Source: Parcubacteria group bacterium Gr01-1014_8
GTDB taxonomy: Bacteria; Patescibacteriota; Minisyncoccia; Phycocordibacterales; UBA2100
Reading direction: 5' to 3'
Length of the DNA stretch: 64,000 nucleotides
Assembly (NCBI GenBank): GCA_007376385.1
Contig: VMGC01000003.1
Span: forward strand, 69,259-133,258
Below, piece after piece: positions 10,087 to 19,286 of this stretch. The notes under the pieces are model-generated. The model did no database searches and was not told where the DNA came from. It worked only from the letters and a program-made list of their open reading frames with translations. Each line of letters begins with the position of its first letter. The first letter of the stretch is position 1. The translations under genes were made by a program, and so were the position numbers.

Positions 10087-10689
10087 TTAATATTTGCGCA
10101 CTACTGCAGTGACCACGGCTTCGATGCGAAACGATTCTTTTGGATAAAGCGCTCGGTAACGCTTATTCGCCGGCTCAAGATAGTATTGTTCTCCTGCCTG
10201 CGCCGCGAAGCCTCGCGTCGCGGCAGGCAGGCCCCGCTTCCGAAGATATTTCATCGTGTACTCGCTATCTATGCACGCAATAACTATTTGCCCCGGCTTG
10301 TAAGCACTCCTGCGCTCGACAATGACCATGTCGCCCGGTTGTATCCCCGCTTCTATCATGGAATCTCCTTTTACTTTCAGAATGTAGCTCATCTCTTTAT
10401 TCGGCGTGAGATATTCATCGAAATTCATCACGTCGAGAAGCTCTTCCTCTGCAGCTGAAGGAAAGCCAGCCTCTACCAACCCGAGCATCTTTACGCCTTC
10501 TTCTAGGTTCTGTGGCAGAAGTTTCCCCGAGCCGTCCTTTGAGATAACACCCTCTTCTATGAGCGCTTCGATGCGGTAGTTGACCGCGCTCTTTGTTTTG
10601 TACCCCCACAACTTCATCAATTCAGAGAATGTGGGCATCCTTTGCCGCGAACGATAAAACCCTGCCAGCTTTTCCTTGAATTTTTCCAT
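10087..10689 (-). CDS. lexA: LexA repressor
   Basis: N-terminal winged-HTH, C-terminal S24 peptidase with GDSM serine motif and catalytic Lys region. Confidence 0.9.
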   Translation of the reverse strand: MEKFKEKLAGFYRSRQRMPTFSELMKLWGYKTKSAVNYRIEALIEEGVISKDGSGKLLPQNLEEGVKMLGLVEAGFPSAAEEELLDVMNFDEYLTPNKEMSYILKVKGDSMIEAGIQPGDMVIVERRSAYKPGQIVIACIDSEYTMKYLRKRGLPAATRGFAAQAGEQYYLEPANKRYRALYPKESFRIEAVVTAVVRKY

Positions 10690-10702
10690 TCCCCCAGTCT
10701 AT

Positions 10703-10716
10703 AGAACGTTCGTTCT
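10703..10716. promoter_or_regulatory. Candidate SOS box / LexA operator (14-bp perfect palindrome AGAACGTTCGTTCT, GAAC-N4-GTTC Cheo-type core)
   Basis: Perfect palindrome 14-27 nt upstream of the lexA start codon. Confidence 0.5.
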
Positions 10717-10744
10717 GTAGTCAAGCGGGGCTAGCGGAAAAAAT

Positions 10745-11932
10745 CTAGTTGATCACACCAAATTGTTTGCCTACTTTTGCGAATTTTTCGACTGCGGTCT
10801 TGATGTCTTTCGTCGTATGTGCAGCTGAGACCTGTACGCGGATACGCGCTTTACCTTTAGGAACAACGGGAAACGCGAATCCAATAACATAAATCCCCTC
10901 CTTGAAAAGCGCGGCAGCCATCTCAACTGCCTTCTTTTCGTCGCCGAGCATGATAGGCGTGATGGGGTGCTGCGCATCTGGTACTCGAAAGCCCTTTTCT
11001 TTCATGAGCTTTCTAAAGAGGTTGGTGTTTTCCCAGAGTTTTTCGCGATGTTCCGGATGTTTTTTAAGATATTTAATGACATCGAGTGACGTACCGGTAA
11101 CGGCGGTATCGAGGGCATTGGAGAAGAGGTATGTTCGCGAGCGATTGCGTAGATATTCGACGATCTCTTTTTTTCCAGCCGTGAACGCACCGCCAGCGCC
11201 TCCGAGCGCCTTTCCGAACGTGCCGGTCAAAAAGTCGACGCGGTTCTCGACGCCGAAATGTTGCGGAGTTCCTCCGCCCTTTTTACCCATGACACCGTTC
11301 GCGTGCGCATCATCCACCATCACAAGCGCGTCGTATTTGTCGGCAAGATCGCAGATCTTGTCCAGGGGCGCAATGTCCCCGTCCATACTGTATACGCCGT
11401 CTGTCGCAATAACGCGAAGCCTTTTTTCTTTAGTCGCTTTCAATTTTTCTTCGAGGTCCGCCATGTCCATGTGCTTGAATACGTGCCGCTCGGATTTCGC
11501 GAGGCGCACCGCATCAATAATGGAGGCGTGATTCAATTCGTCACTTATTATTGCATCTTGGTCAGTAAAAAATGTCTGGAACAACCCCACATTCGCCATG
11601 AAGCACGACGAATATGTTATCGCATCCTCCATGCCAACGTAATCTGCCACCGCTTTTTCCAGTTCTTTGTGGATAGTCTGCGTGCCGCAAATAAAACGGA
11701 CTGACGCGAGGCCGTATCCCCATTTTTTTACGGCTTTTTCGGATGATTTTTCTACAAACTTCGTCCCCGCAAGACCGAGGTAATTGTTCGAGCAGAAATT
11801 CAGATACTTTTTTCCTCCGACCTTGATCTCCCTATCCTGTTTCGATCGTATAACGCGCTCCGTTTTATACGTTCCATTCTCCCGCATTTGAGCAAGTTCT
11901 TCCGCCAACATTTCCTTGAATTTTCCGTACAT
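10745..11932 (-). CDS. kbl: 2-amino-3-ketobutyrate CoA ligase (glycine C-acetyltransferase)
   Basis: Class-II aminotransferase/AOS family with PLP-lysine region TDGVYSMDGDIAPL; adjacent to tdh. Confidence 0.8.
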   Translation of the reverse strand: MYGKFKEMLAEELAQMRENGTYKTERVIRSKQDREIKVGGKKYLNFCSNNYLGLAGTKFVEKSSEKAVKKWGYGLASVRFICGTQTIHKELEKAVADYVGMEDAITYSSCFMANVGLFQTFFTDQDAIISDELNHASIIDAVRLAKSERHVFKHMDMADLEEKLKATKEKRLRVIATDGVYSMDGDIAPLDKICDLADKYDALVMVDDAHANGVMGKKGGGTPQHFGVENRVDFLTGTFGKALGGAGGAFTAGKKEIVEYLRNRSRTYLFSNALDTAVTGTSLDVIKYLKKHPEHREKLWENTNLFRKLMKEKGFRVPDAQHPITPIMLGDEKKAVEMAAALFKEGIYVIGFAFPVVPKGKARIRVQVSAAHTTKDIKTAVEKFAKVGKQFGVIN

Positions 11933-11934
11933 AT

Positions 11935-13158
11935 CTATCCGCTTATCTTGAAAATGATCTTTGGGTGCTCGTTCATAGCTTTCTCAAAACTTTCGGGGGT
12001 AAATTTATGGAAATCCAGTAGTGTTCCCTTGCCGCTTTTCAAAATGACGTTCCACATATCATCTTGTATACCGTTCGACTTATCCGAAAGCATTCTCTGT
12101 GCTATCTGCCACGTCGCAAATATGCGCCTGCCAATAATGCCATGTAGTGTGAGGCCGCGTACCACTACTTTCGGGGAGAAATTCGGGATGGTCATCGCGC
12201 CGTCTTTAATGCCGAATGCGATGACGTGACCGCCCCGGCGGGTCGAGAGAATGCAGTTATTCAATGAAGCCGCGGGGCCCGCCATTTCCATTGAAACATC
12301 GACGCCTTTGCCATAGGTTAACTCCATTATCCTGTCGATGACTTCTGCATCGTGCTCCCATTCGTGTTCTTTCTTCTTCTTTCTGACGAGAATCGTCTCG
12401 TGAGCGCCCAAGCTCTTCGCCATTTTTAAATTCGCGGGATTCACGTCCACTGCAATTATCTTCACCGCACCGAAACTACGCAAAAGCAATATCGCGAACA
12501 TGCCGATGGGGCCGGCACCCATGACCGCAACTCTCTGACCGCGAAAATCAACAACCGTCGTCGAATGTACGGCATTGCCTATCGGATCAAGGATAGAGGC
12601 TATTTCCGGCCGAATGCGGCTTTGATCGATTGCCCATAGATTCTTGGCGGGGATCTTCACGTACTCCGCGAAAATACCATCGATTGAAATACCAAGGATG
12701 GCCTCATTCATACACACATGATCCTCGCCAATACGACACTGAAAGCAACGACCGCAGGTTACATGCGAGTCTCCCGACACAAGCGCGCCGACCTCGATCT
12801 TTACAGGGTTATTCGGGTCTAGGTCGTTGTACAAACGCTCGACCATTGAACCCATCTCAACAACCTCGCCGACAAATTCATGGCCCATGATGCGCATCGT
12901 CTTTTTTTCCCGTTTCAGTGAGTCGTGCACAAGGTCGCGGAAGGCAGCGCGATTCCACATCCCTCTATCGGTACCACACACACCCGCGTATTTTATTTTC
13001 AAGATCACGGAGAGTGCGTCCTCAGGGTTTTTCCTTTCGTCCAGAACCGGCATCGGCACTTCCCGCATCACAAAGCCCCTGCTTTTCTGCCATCCGTCCT
13101 TGTTCGTATCGAACGTTAGAGCGCGAATAGTGTTCTTTTTAGCCATGGTACTGAACAC
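11935..13158 (-). CDS. tdh: L-threonine 3-dehydrogenase (Zn-dependent MDR family)
   Basis: GHEFVGEVVEMG zinc-ADH motif and GAGPIG Rossmann motif; precedes kbl in a threonine-to-glycine pair. Confidence 0.8.
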   Translation of the reverse strand: MFSTMAKKNTIRALTFDTNKDGWQKSRGFVMREVPMPVLDERKNPEDALSVILKIKYAGVCGTDRGMWNRAAFRDLVHDSLKREKKTMRIMGHEFVGEVVEMGSMVERLYNDLDPNNPVKIEVGALVSGDSHVTCGRCFQCRIGEDHVCMNEAILGISIDGIFAEYVKIPAKNLWAIDQSRIRPEIASILDPIGNAVHSTTVVDFRGQRVAVMGAGPIGMFAILLLRSFGAVKIIAVDVNPANLKMAKSLGAHETILVRKKKKEHEWEHDAEVIDRIMELTYGKGVDVSMEMAGPAASLNNCILSTRRGGHVIAFGIKDGAMTIPNFSPKVVVRGLTLHGIIGRRIFATWQIAQRMLSDKSNGIQDDMWNVILKSGKGTLLDFHKFTPESFEKAMNEHPKIIFKISG

Positions 13159-13217
13159 TGTAGCTCAAACACCGAGGCAATGGAAGCGCTCAACATCTAA
13201 AATATTCCTGAGAAAAC

Positions 13218-15869
13218 CTACCGAGGCCGCGTTCCGGACTCCTTGGCTATGTACGAGGCAAGGCCGCCAGGTCTCGAGTAAGCGTACACGTCTTTTATTC
13301 CCATATCGTGGGCGAGCATCAAAACCATCTCTATCAATTGACTCGAAACCGGTGCATCCGGCGTTATCACGATATCGTCCGAAGGAGTCGGATATTTGAG
13401 AAGCATGTTGTATCCAAGAGAGCTTTCGTCTTCCGGTCTGCTATTAGGAATAACATCAACAAGTGACGCGCCCTCCCTCTGTCCGCCTTTTGGTTTCTTG
13501 TGGAATCGCATGACCGGATCATGCCCGGCATGAAGGTACTTTCGAACCTCCTCGGCATTTAGGGTACGCGTTACTTTTGGGATCGGCTTTTGCTGATAAT
13601 CGGACGAGCAGATAGATATGCAGACGAGAGCATTGCCATGAGGATCGAGAACGGCAGGCGTCAATAATGCATCATAGGTCGTATGCAAGAGTGCGTTGGC
13701 TGAAAGGCTTGTGCGTGCGATCGCTATCTGCCCAAGAAGGTTATCCTTTTCATCAGCGGCAAGAATGACAAGATGCTTCTGTATGTTCTTTTCATACTCG
13801 CTCTTCTCCGGCGAAAGATTGTCCCAGCACTGTCGGTACAACTCATACGAGGGAGCCATCCATCGTGAATATCGGTGAAGAATGGTAAACCGGATTATCG
13901 GTTTCTGGACTCCTCGGCTCGGAGATGTGGAAACTGTGTTTTCCCACCTCCCTCGCTCTACGTCGCCGGTAAAACGACGTGCCGGCATTTTGAGAAGTCC
14001 GAATATTGATTCAAAACGCTCGTAGGGCAATGTCTTCTTCAAAACGCTCCGCTGCACTTTGCCCGTCGACGTCATCGGCAATTCGTCAGCGGAAAAAGAG
14101 GTGAGATACTTCGGCGTCTCATATGCGCTTAAGTACGCCGTGCCGAATAGAAGCGACAACTTGAGCCGACGTTTGGCCTTCTTCTCATCTGTACCCGCTT
14201 TCCAGCAAATGACCGCGCCCGCCTCTTCTCCGTAGCGCTCATCGGGAACAGCAACAACGTACACCTGGTCGATCTCAGGAGATATCTTTTTCAAGGCATT
14301 CTCAAGAGCAACGGGCGAGATGTTAACCCCGCCCTTGATGATGATCTCCCGCTTGCGGCCCTTCAGATAGAAGAATTTCTGCTCGCCAACGACCTTAAAA
14401 TATCCGATGTCGCCCGAGAGAAAATATCCGCCTGCCTGCCGCGTCCGACCAGCGCTATATTCACGTCTTAACCATTTTCGACCAAACCCTGTTTTTAAGT
14501 TTTTCTCCCGCTGTACCGCTTCTTTCAACGATGGAAATTCTTCGTGGTGAATAATTCCTATCGGTTTATGCTTTTTGGTGTGCTCGGCGGCTATACCGTT
14601 ATAATGTTGTCGCCATCGTTCATGTATATCTTGAGTTTGACCGATATAAAATGAACCATCATCACACTTGATGACATAAACATAGAACATTTCTGGTCGC
14701 GGCGCAGGCAGGTCACGGATGGCCGGCTCATTCGTAACATACCCCTCCATAACGGCAGGCCCGCGTATCACCAGTTCACCTTCTTCTCCTTCACCGAGAA
14801 AGTTTCCTTTCTCATCCGATATCTGCACGTCGGCCCATGACATTGCCGAGCCAATAGAATTTTCCTCTATCAGTTTCTCGTATAGACCAGGGGGCAGTCC
14901 CATAGGTACCCCGGTAACGCGAAGCGCTGTTTCAGTCTGCCCATATCCTTGGTAGAGCGGAATATCGAATTTCGTCATGAACTCTTGCATCGTATGCACG
15001 ACCACAGGAGCCGAGCCTATTTGGATGCGATTGAGCCGCAATCCTTTTTTAACGAGCGCGTAACTCTCGGAGCGTCCTACTTGATCGAACAGGATGGATT
15101 GCACTATTGATGTGCAGGTTGCCTGACTTTTCGCAGCCTGCTGCCAGAAATGTGAGTTTGAGTAATTCGGCGTGATCGCAATGCTGCCGCCTGCGAGAAG
15201 CGCCGACAGGCAAAATGTGGTGGAATTTATGTGGTGCAACGGGAGGTTTACCAGAAACCTGTCTTCTTCTGTCATGTGAAGCCATTCCTTGATGCCTTCT
15301 GCGTTCACAACAAGGTTATTGAGAGTCAGTTTTGCTCCTTTTGGATACCCTGTAGTCCCTGATGTAAATAAAATAAGGGCACAATGTGAAAGACCGGATT
15401 CCCAGGCTACCGGTCTATCTGTAATATCGGCAAATCCCGCAAATTCCTGGACTTTGACTTCTTTCAAAAAAATACTCTCAATATTTTTAAGCGCCTCCTT
15501 TTCTGCTATCAATAATGTTGCGTTGTTTATTTTTAATTTGTATTGATACAACTCGCCGGTATCTCGCTTAGTATCGAGTGGAACAGTTACGACTCCGATA
15601 CTCCACGCAGCCCAGCTTATTATGAGGAGTTCGGGCGAATTCTTAAATGCGAGAGCTACTCTATCGCCTCGTTTGATATCAAGCGCGTATAAATAGAGCG
15701 CAGCCTGTTTGATTTTCTGCAGCAATTCTTTGTACGTGATCTCCCCCGAGATCGTTCCTTCGTGATCACACGAGAGGAGCGCGACTTTTCCCGGATTCTT
15801 TTGCGAGAGAGCAGAAATGTGCGAGTAGAGGCTTTGTATGGAAGCATGCTGCATAACAATCATCCTCAA
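13218..15869 (-). CDS. Multidomain AMP-binding (acyl-CoA/acyl-AMP synthetase-like) protein. A ~95-aa GIY-YIG nuclease domain is inserted in-frame, and an uncharacterised ~290-aa C-terminal domain follows
   Basis: LFTSGTTGYPKGA, QGYGQTETA and GYFLSGDIGY adenylation motifs. FYVYVIKCDDGSFYIGQTQDIHERWRQH (UPF0213-type GIY-YIG) lies between the GY.TNEPA and G.F.SGDIGY motifs. Confidence 0.7.
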   Translation of the reverse strand: MRMIVMQHASIQSLYSHISALSQKNPGKVALLSCDHEGTISGEITYKELLQKIKQAALYLYALDIKRGDRVALAFKNSPELLIISWAAWSIGVVTVPLDTKRDTGELYQYKLKINNATLLIAEKEALKNIESIFLKEVKVQEFAGFADITDRPVAWESGLSHCALILFTSGTTGYPKGAKLTLNNLVVNAEGIKEWLHMTEEDRFLVNLPLHHINSTTFCLSALLAGGSIAITPNYSNSHFWQQAAKSQATCTSIVQSILFDQVGRSESYALVKKGLRLNRIQIGSAPVVVHTMQEFMTKFDIPLYQGYGQTETALRVTGVPMGLPPGLYEKLIEENSIGSAMSWADVQISDEKGNFLGEGEEGELVIRGPAVMEGYVTNEPAIRDLPAPRPEMFYVYVIKCDDGSFYIGQTQDIHERWRQHYNGIAAEHTKKHKPIGIIHHEEFPSLKEAVQREKNLKTGFGRKWLRREYSAGRTRQAGGYFLSGDIGYFKVVGEQKFFYLKGRKREIIIKGGVNISPVALENALKKISPEIDQVYVVAVPDERYGEEAGAVICWKAGTDEKKAKRRLKLSLLFGTAYLSAYETPKYLTSFSADELPMTSTGKVQRSVLKKTLPYERFESIFGLLKMPARRFTGDVERGRWENTVSTSPSRGVQKPIIRFTILHRYSRWMAPSYELYRQCWDNLSPEKSEYEKNIQKHLVILAADEKDNLLGQIAIARTSLSANALLHTTYDALLTPAVLDPHGNALVCISICSSDYQQKPIPKVTRTLNAEEVRKYLHAGHDPVMRFHKKPKGGQREGASLVDVIPNSRPEDESSLGYNMLLKYPTPSDDIVITPDAPVSSQLIEMVLMLAHDMGIKDVYAYSRPGGLASYIAKESGTRPR

Positions 15870-15872
15870 GCA

Positions 15873-16622
15873 CTATTTCCTCCGCTGGAACGAGACTTCC
15901 TGTGGCCCAACAGCGTATGGACCAACCTGATACTCTTGGAAAATAAATATCACAGAATCTGCGTTCACGATAAAGGTCGCATAATTTTCCCTTTTTTCCT
16001 CAGTGCCCTCCGGAAAAAACGACCCTTCAAGCATTTTACTCAACTCGCTTCGTGCCTTTTTCGCTACATCATTCAGCGAGAGATCAATGAGCTTCAGCGC
16101 GTCGTCCAGTGTGAGCTCCCGACCGCTTTCGCGTTCAAAATTTAATCCTCTGATATCCGTGAGCGGATGCATGCCGCCCATATATGTGGAGATTGCAAGC
16201 CGAGCACTTACGATGTCAGGGCCAATGTACGTTGAATCGTAGACAGACGAAAGATCATACGGAACATCTGTATCAGTATTATCCAAACCGTATGGCCTGA
16301 ATCCCAGTATGACCTCATCTATTTTTGCCGTAATGGCAGTATCGATGGCTGCGAGCCCAAAATTCGGATATTTCATGGTTATCGTAAATCCTTTTGCATC
16401 TTCCTTGACGAGTTTTGCTATCAGATGGGCTGTTTCCCGATTGCTATCATTCTCTTCTGCGGGCGTATCTATAGAAGTTCTCTGGTACCGTGAGATCCCA
16501 TAGCCGCCGAGAGCGGCTACAAGTAGTACAACCACTATGAGAATTGCGCGTGAGTTCATACGGTAAATAGTACTACACGTGCGCCTGTATATATTTCTTA
16601 ATTTCCTCCGCATCCGGTTCAA
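15873..16622 (-). CDS. Signal-anchored hypothetical protein, possibly DUF3298/DUF4163 (RsiV/PdaC-N-terminal-like) fold
   Basis: N-terminal TM segment then a ~200-aa extracytoplasmic domain; family assignment from memory only. Confidence 0.4.
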   Translation of the reverse strand: MNRMRRKLRNIYRRTCSTIYRMNSRAILIVVVLLVAALGGYGISRYQRTSIDTPAEENDSNRETAHLIAKLVKEDAKGFTITMKYPNFGLAAIDTAITAKIDEVILGFRPYGLDNTDTDVPYDLSSVYDSTYIGPDIVSARLAISTYMGGMHPLTDIRGLNFERESGRELTLDDALKLIDLSLNDVAKKARSELSKMLEGSFFPEGTEEKRENYATFIVNADSVIFIFQEYQVGPYAVGPQEVSFQRRK

Positions 16623-17979
16623 GAACGTCGAAACGCTCCATCAAGCCCTCCAGCTTTGCAAAGGAAGCAGGCCTATCTGGCTCTATACCTATTGCTTCTC
16701 GTATAGTCTCCGAGAATTTAGCAGGCTTGGCGGTTTCAAGACAAATAAGAGGAATTCCTTTCTCCCACATTTGCATGCCAACCTGTACTCCATCCGCAGT
16801 ATGCGGATCAATAATGACATTGTATGCCTTATGTATAGCTCTGATCGTCTGCAATCTATTTTGATGAGTGCTTGAGCCAGCGACAATACCTGTCTCCTGT
16901 ATCTGTTCGAAATCGCGCGTACCGCTTATGTCGAAAGCACCATTCTGCTCCAAATTTTCCCATAGTTCCTGCATGCGGACCGCATCGCGATGCACTAGAT
17001 CGAATATGTATCGCTCGAAATTAGATGCCTTCGAGATATCCATGGATGGACTCGAGGTGACAGAAACTTCCTTGCTCTTGCGAGGTCTATAGACACCTGT
17101 CTGAAAGAATTCTTGGAGTACGTTATTCTCATTCGTCGCCAGAATAAGTCGTTTGATAGGAACACCCATTTGACGCGCGACGAATCCTGCAAGAATGTCG
17201 CCGAAATTGCCCGTTGGTACTGCGTAGCTTACAAATTCGCTGTTTGTTGACGTAGCTTTAAAATATCCATACGCATAATAGACAACTTGGGCGGCAATAC
17301 GCGCCCAATTTATTGAATTAACGGCACCGAGCGAGAATCTGCTTTTAAAGACGCCATCTTCGTTCACTTTCTTAACGACATCTTGGCAGTCATCGAACAC
17401 GCCTTTTATCGCGATGTTGAAAATGTTTGTATCCTGCAGAGTATACATTTGTTTCCTTTGGAATTCGCTCATGCGACCCAGAGGAGAAAGCATGAATACA
17501 CGAATGCCCTTTAGTCCACGCAGGGCATATTCTGCTGCGGAACCGGTATCTCCTGAGGTTGCCCCAAGAATATTGAGGGTGCCCCCGCTTTGAGAGAGTG
17601 CATACTCAAATAACCGCCCGAGAAGCTGAAGCGCAAGGTCTTTGAAAGCAAGCGTCGGACCTTCTGATAGCCCGAGAAGGTAGAGCCCGTCGTCGAGTCT
17701 TTTAAGAGGAGTGATGTGCTCGCTTCCAAATAATTCCGCAGTGTATGTTGCAACAATCAATTGTCTCAATTCCTCCGACGGAATGTCATCGATGAACTTC
17801 TCAAGAATGAAATGAGCAAGTTGCGCATAACTCATCGAACGCATCGCATCCAGGTTTGCATCGGTGAACTTCGGGTATCCGACTGGCACATATAGCCCAC
17901 CGTCAGGCGCAAGACCTTCAAGAAGGATGTTCATGAACGACCGAGGTTCCGAGAGGCCGCGAGTCGAGATATAGTGCAT
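16573..17979 (-). CDS. thrC: Threonine synthase
   Basis: MHYISTRG...GGLYVP N-terminus and PLP-lysine region typical of long-form ThrC. Confidence 0.9.
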   Translation of the reverse strand: MHYISTRGLSEPRSFMNILLEGLAPDGGLYVPVGYPKFTDANLDAMRSMSYAQLAHFILEKFIDDIPSEELRQLIVATYTAELFGSEHITPLKRLDDGLYLLGLSEGPTLAFKDLALQLLGRLFEYALSQSGGTLNILGATSGDTGSAAEYALRGLKGIRVFMLSPLGRMSEFQRKQMYTLQDTNIFNIAIKGVFDDCQDVVKKVNEDGVFKSRFSLGAVNSINWARIAAQVVYYAYGYFKATSTNSEFVSYAVPTGNFGDILAGFVARQMGVPIKRLILATNENNVLQEFFQTGVYRPRKSKEVSVTSSPSMDISKASNFERYIFDLVHRDAVRMQELWENLEQNGAFDISGTRDFEQIQETGIVAGSSTHQNRLQTIRAIHKAYNVIIDPHTADGVQVGMQMWEKGIPLICLETAKPAKFSETIREAIGIEPDRPASFAKLEGLMERFDVLEPDAEEIKKYIQAHV

Positions 17980-17982
17980 ACG

Positions 17983-18408
17983 CTACAGTTCGATGCTATA
18001 TACGTTCGTCTCTTTCCTTTGGAAACCTAATTTTTGATAGAGCTTATTTGCCGCGATGCGGGCCGGCCTTGTCGTGAGATACACTTTTTTTATATGTTTC
18101 TTTCGCGCAACATCCAAAAGAAATTGCATGAGCTTTTCGCCTAAACCTTGTCCCCTATATGCATCGTCGACGACAACATCTTCCACATGTCCGGATCGTT
18201 TGCTTATTTTCTGTATCGTGTACAGAGTCCCGATGCCAACGATGCGCTCTCCATCCTTCGCAACGATGAGTGCGGTGTTGTCATTGTTCACAACGGCTTC
18301 CAGCTCTGAAAGCACCCCGTTGCCTCCCTCATCCCTCAGCTGCTTCAGCAATTTGTTTATATCAGAAAGCGCTTCACCCGTTGCACTCCTCAACTGTTCA
18401 ATGATCAT
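17983..18408 (-). CDS. GNAT-family N-acetyltransferase
   Basis: VVVDDAYRGQGLGEKLM acetyl-CoA binding motif A. Confidence 0.8.
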   Translation of the reverse strand: MIIEQLRSATGEALSDINKLLKQLRDEGGNGVLSELEAVVNNDNTALIVAKDGERIVGIGTLYTIQKISKRSGHVEDVVVDDAYRGQGLGEKLMQFLLDVARKKHIKKVYLTTRPARIAANKLYQKLGFQRKETNVYSIEL

Positions 18409-18467
18409 AGAGATGGACGCATCATACGCGCATCTTCTGTTTCGCTCAACACGCTACAATATCTAGC

Positions 18468-19286
18468 ATGCATGCGTTCTATATTGCGCTTCTCGCTCTC
18501 GTCATTCTCGCCCTGACCGTGGCGACAACATGGTACCCGCCCTCATCGTCGAATAGCCAGCTCGCATCGCCATCTCTAGAAACTGTCGCGCCGGAGACAG
18601 AAATGTCGGAAGCGACGGAAGGAGAGAAAAAAGAGACATATCGGGTGGTAAAGGTTGTCGACGGCGATACGCTCGCTCTCGAAATGGGCGGAAACAGCGT
18701 CACGGTGAGACTTATTGGTCTTGATACGCCTGAAACACTCGACCCCCGTAAACCCGTGCAATGCTTTGGAAAAGAGGCGACGGAACATGCGAAAAAATTA
18801 CTAGAAGGAAGGCGTGTGTCTATCGAAAAGGACCCGACACAAGGAGAATTGGACAAATACGGCCGCCTGCTGGTCTATGTGTATTTACCCGACCTGCCTG
18901 CCGAAGCCTCGGCGCAGGCAGGTGGCTTGATGTTCAACGAACAAATGATATCGGAAGGTTACGGGCATGAGTACACATATAATATTCCTTACAAATATCA
19001 AACGGAATTTAAAGCCGCGGAAAATAAAGCGCGAGAGAGGAAACGAGGTCTCTGGGCTGATAATGCGTGCGCCGAGGAATCAATGCGTGCACCAACCACT
19101 GCTGAAAAACCTATCGTGGTTGTGCCGTCGGGAAATTATGACTGCACTCGCAATACATATAATTGCTCAAGTTTTAGAACGCAGACCGATGCGCAAGCCG
19201 CCTTTGGATCGTGCGGCGGGTCGGAGAACGATATACACAAACTTGATAGTGATAAAGACGGGACTGTGTGCGAGAGCCTTCCGTAA
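18468..19286 (+). CDS. Secreted thermonuclease (SNase-like) with C-terminal Excalibur Ca-binding domain
   Basis: N-terminal TM/signal segment, VVDGDTLAL...RLIGLDTPE SNase core, C-terminal DSDKDGTVCE Excalibur motif. Confidence 0.8.
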   Translation: MHAFYIALLALVILALTVATTWYPPSSSNSQLASPSLETVAPETEMSEATEGEKKETYRVVKVVDGDTLALEMGGNSVTVRLIGLDTPETLDPRKPVQCFGKEATEHAKKLLEGRRVSIEKDPTQGELDKYGRLLVYVYLPDLPAEASAQAGGLMFNEQMISEGYGHEYTYNIPYKYQTEFKAAENKARERKRGLWADNACAEESMRAPTTAEKPIVVVPSGNYDCTRNTYNCSSFRTQTDAQAAFGSCGGSENDIHKLDSDKDGTVCESLP

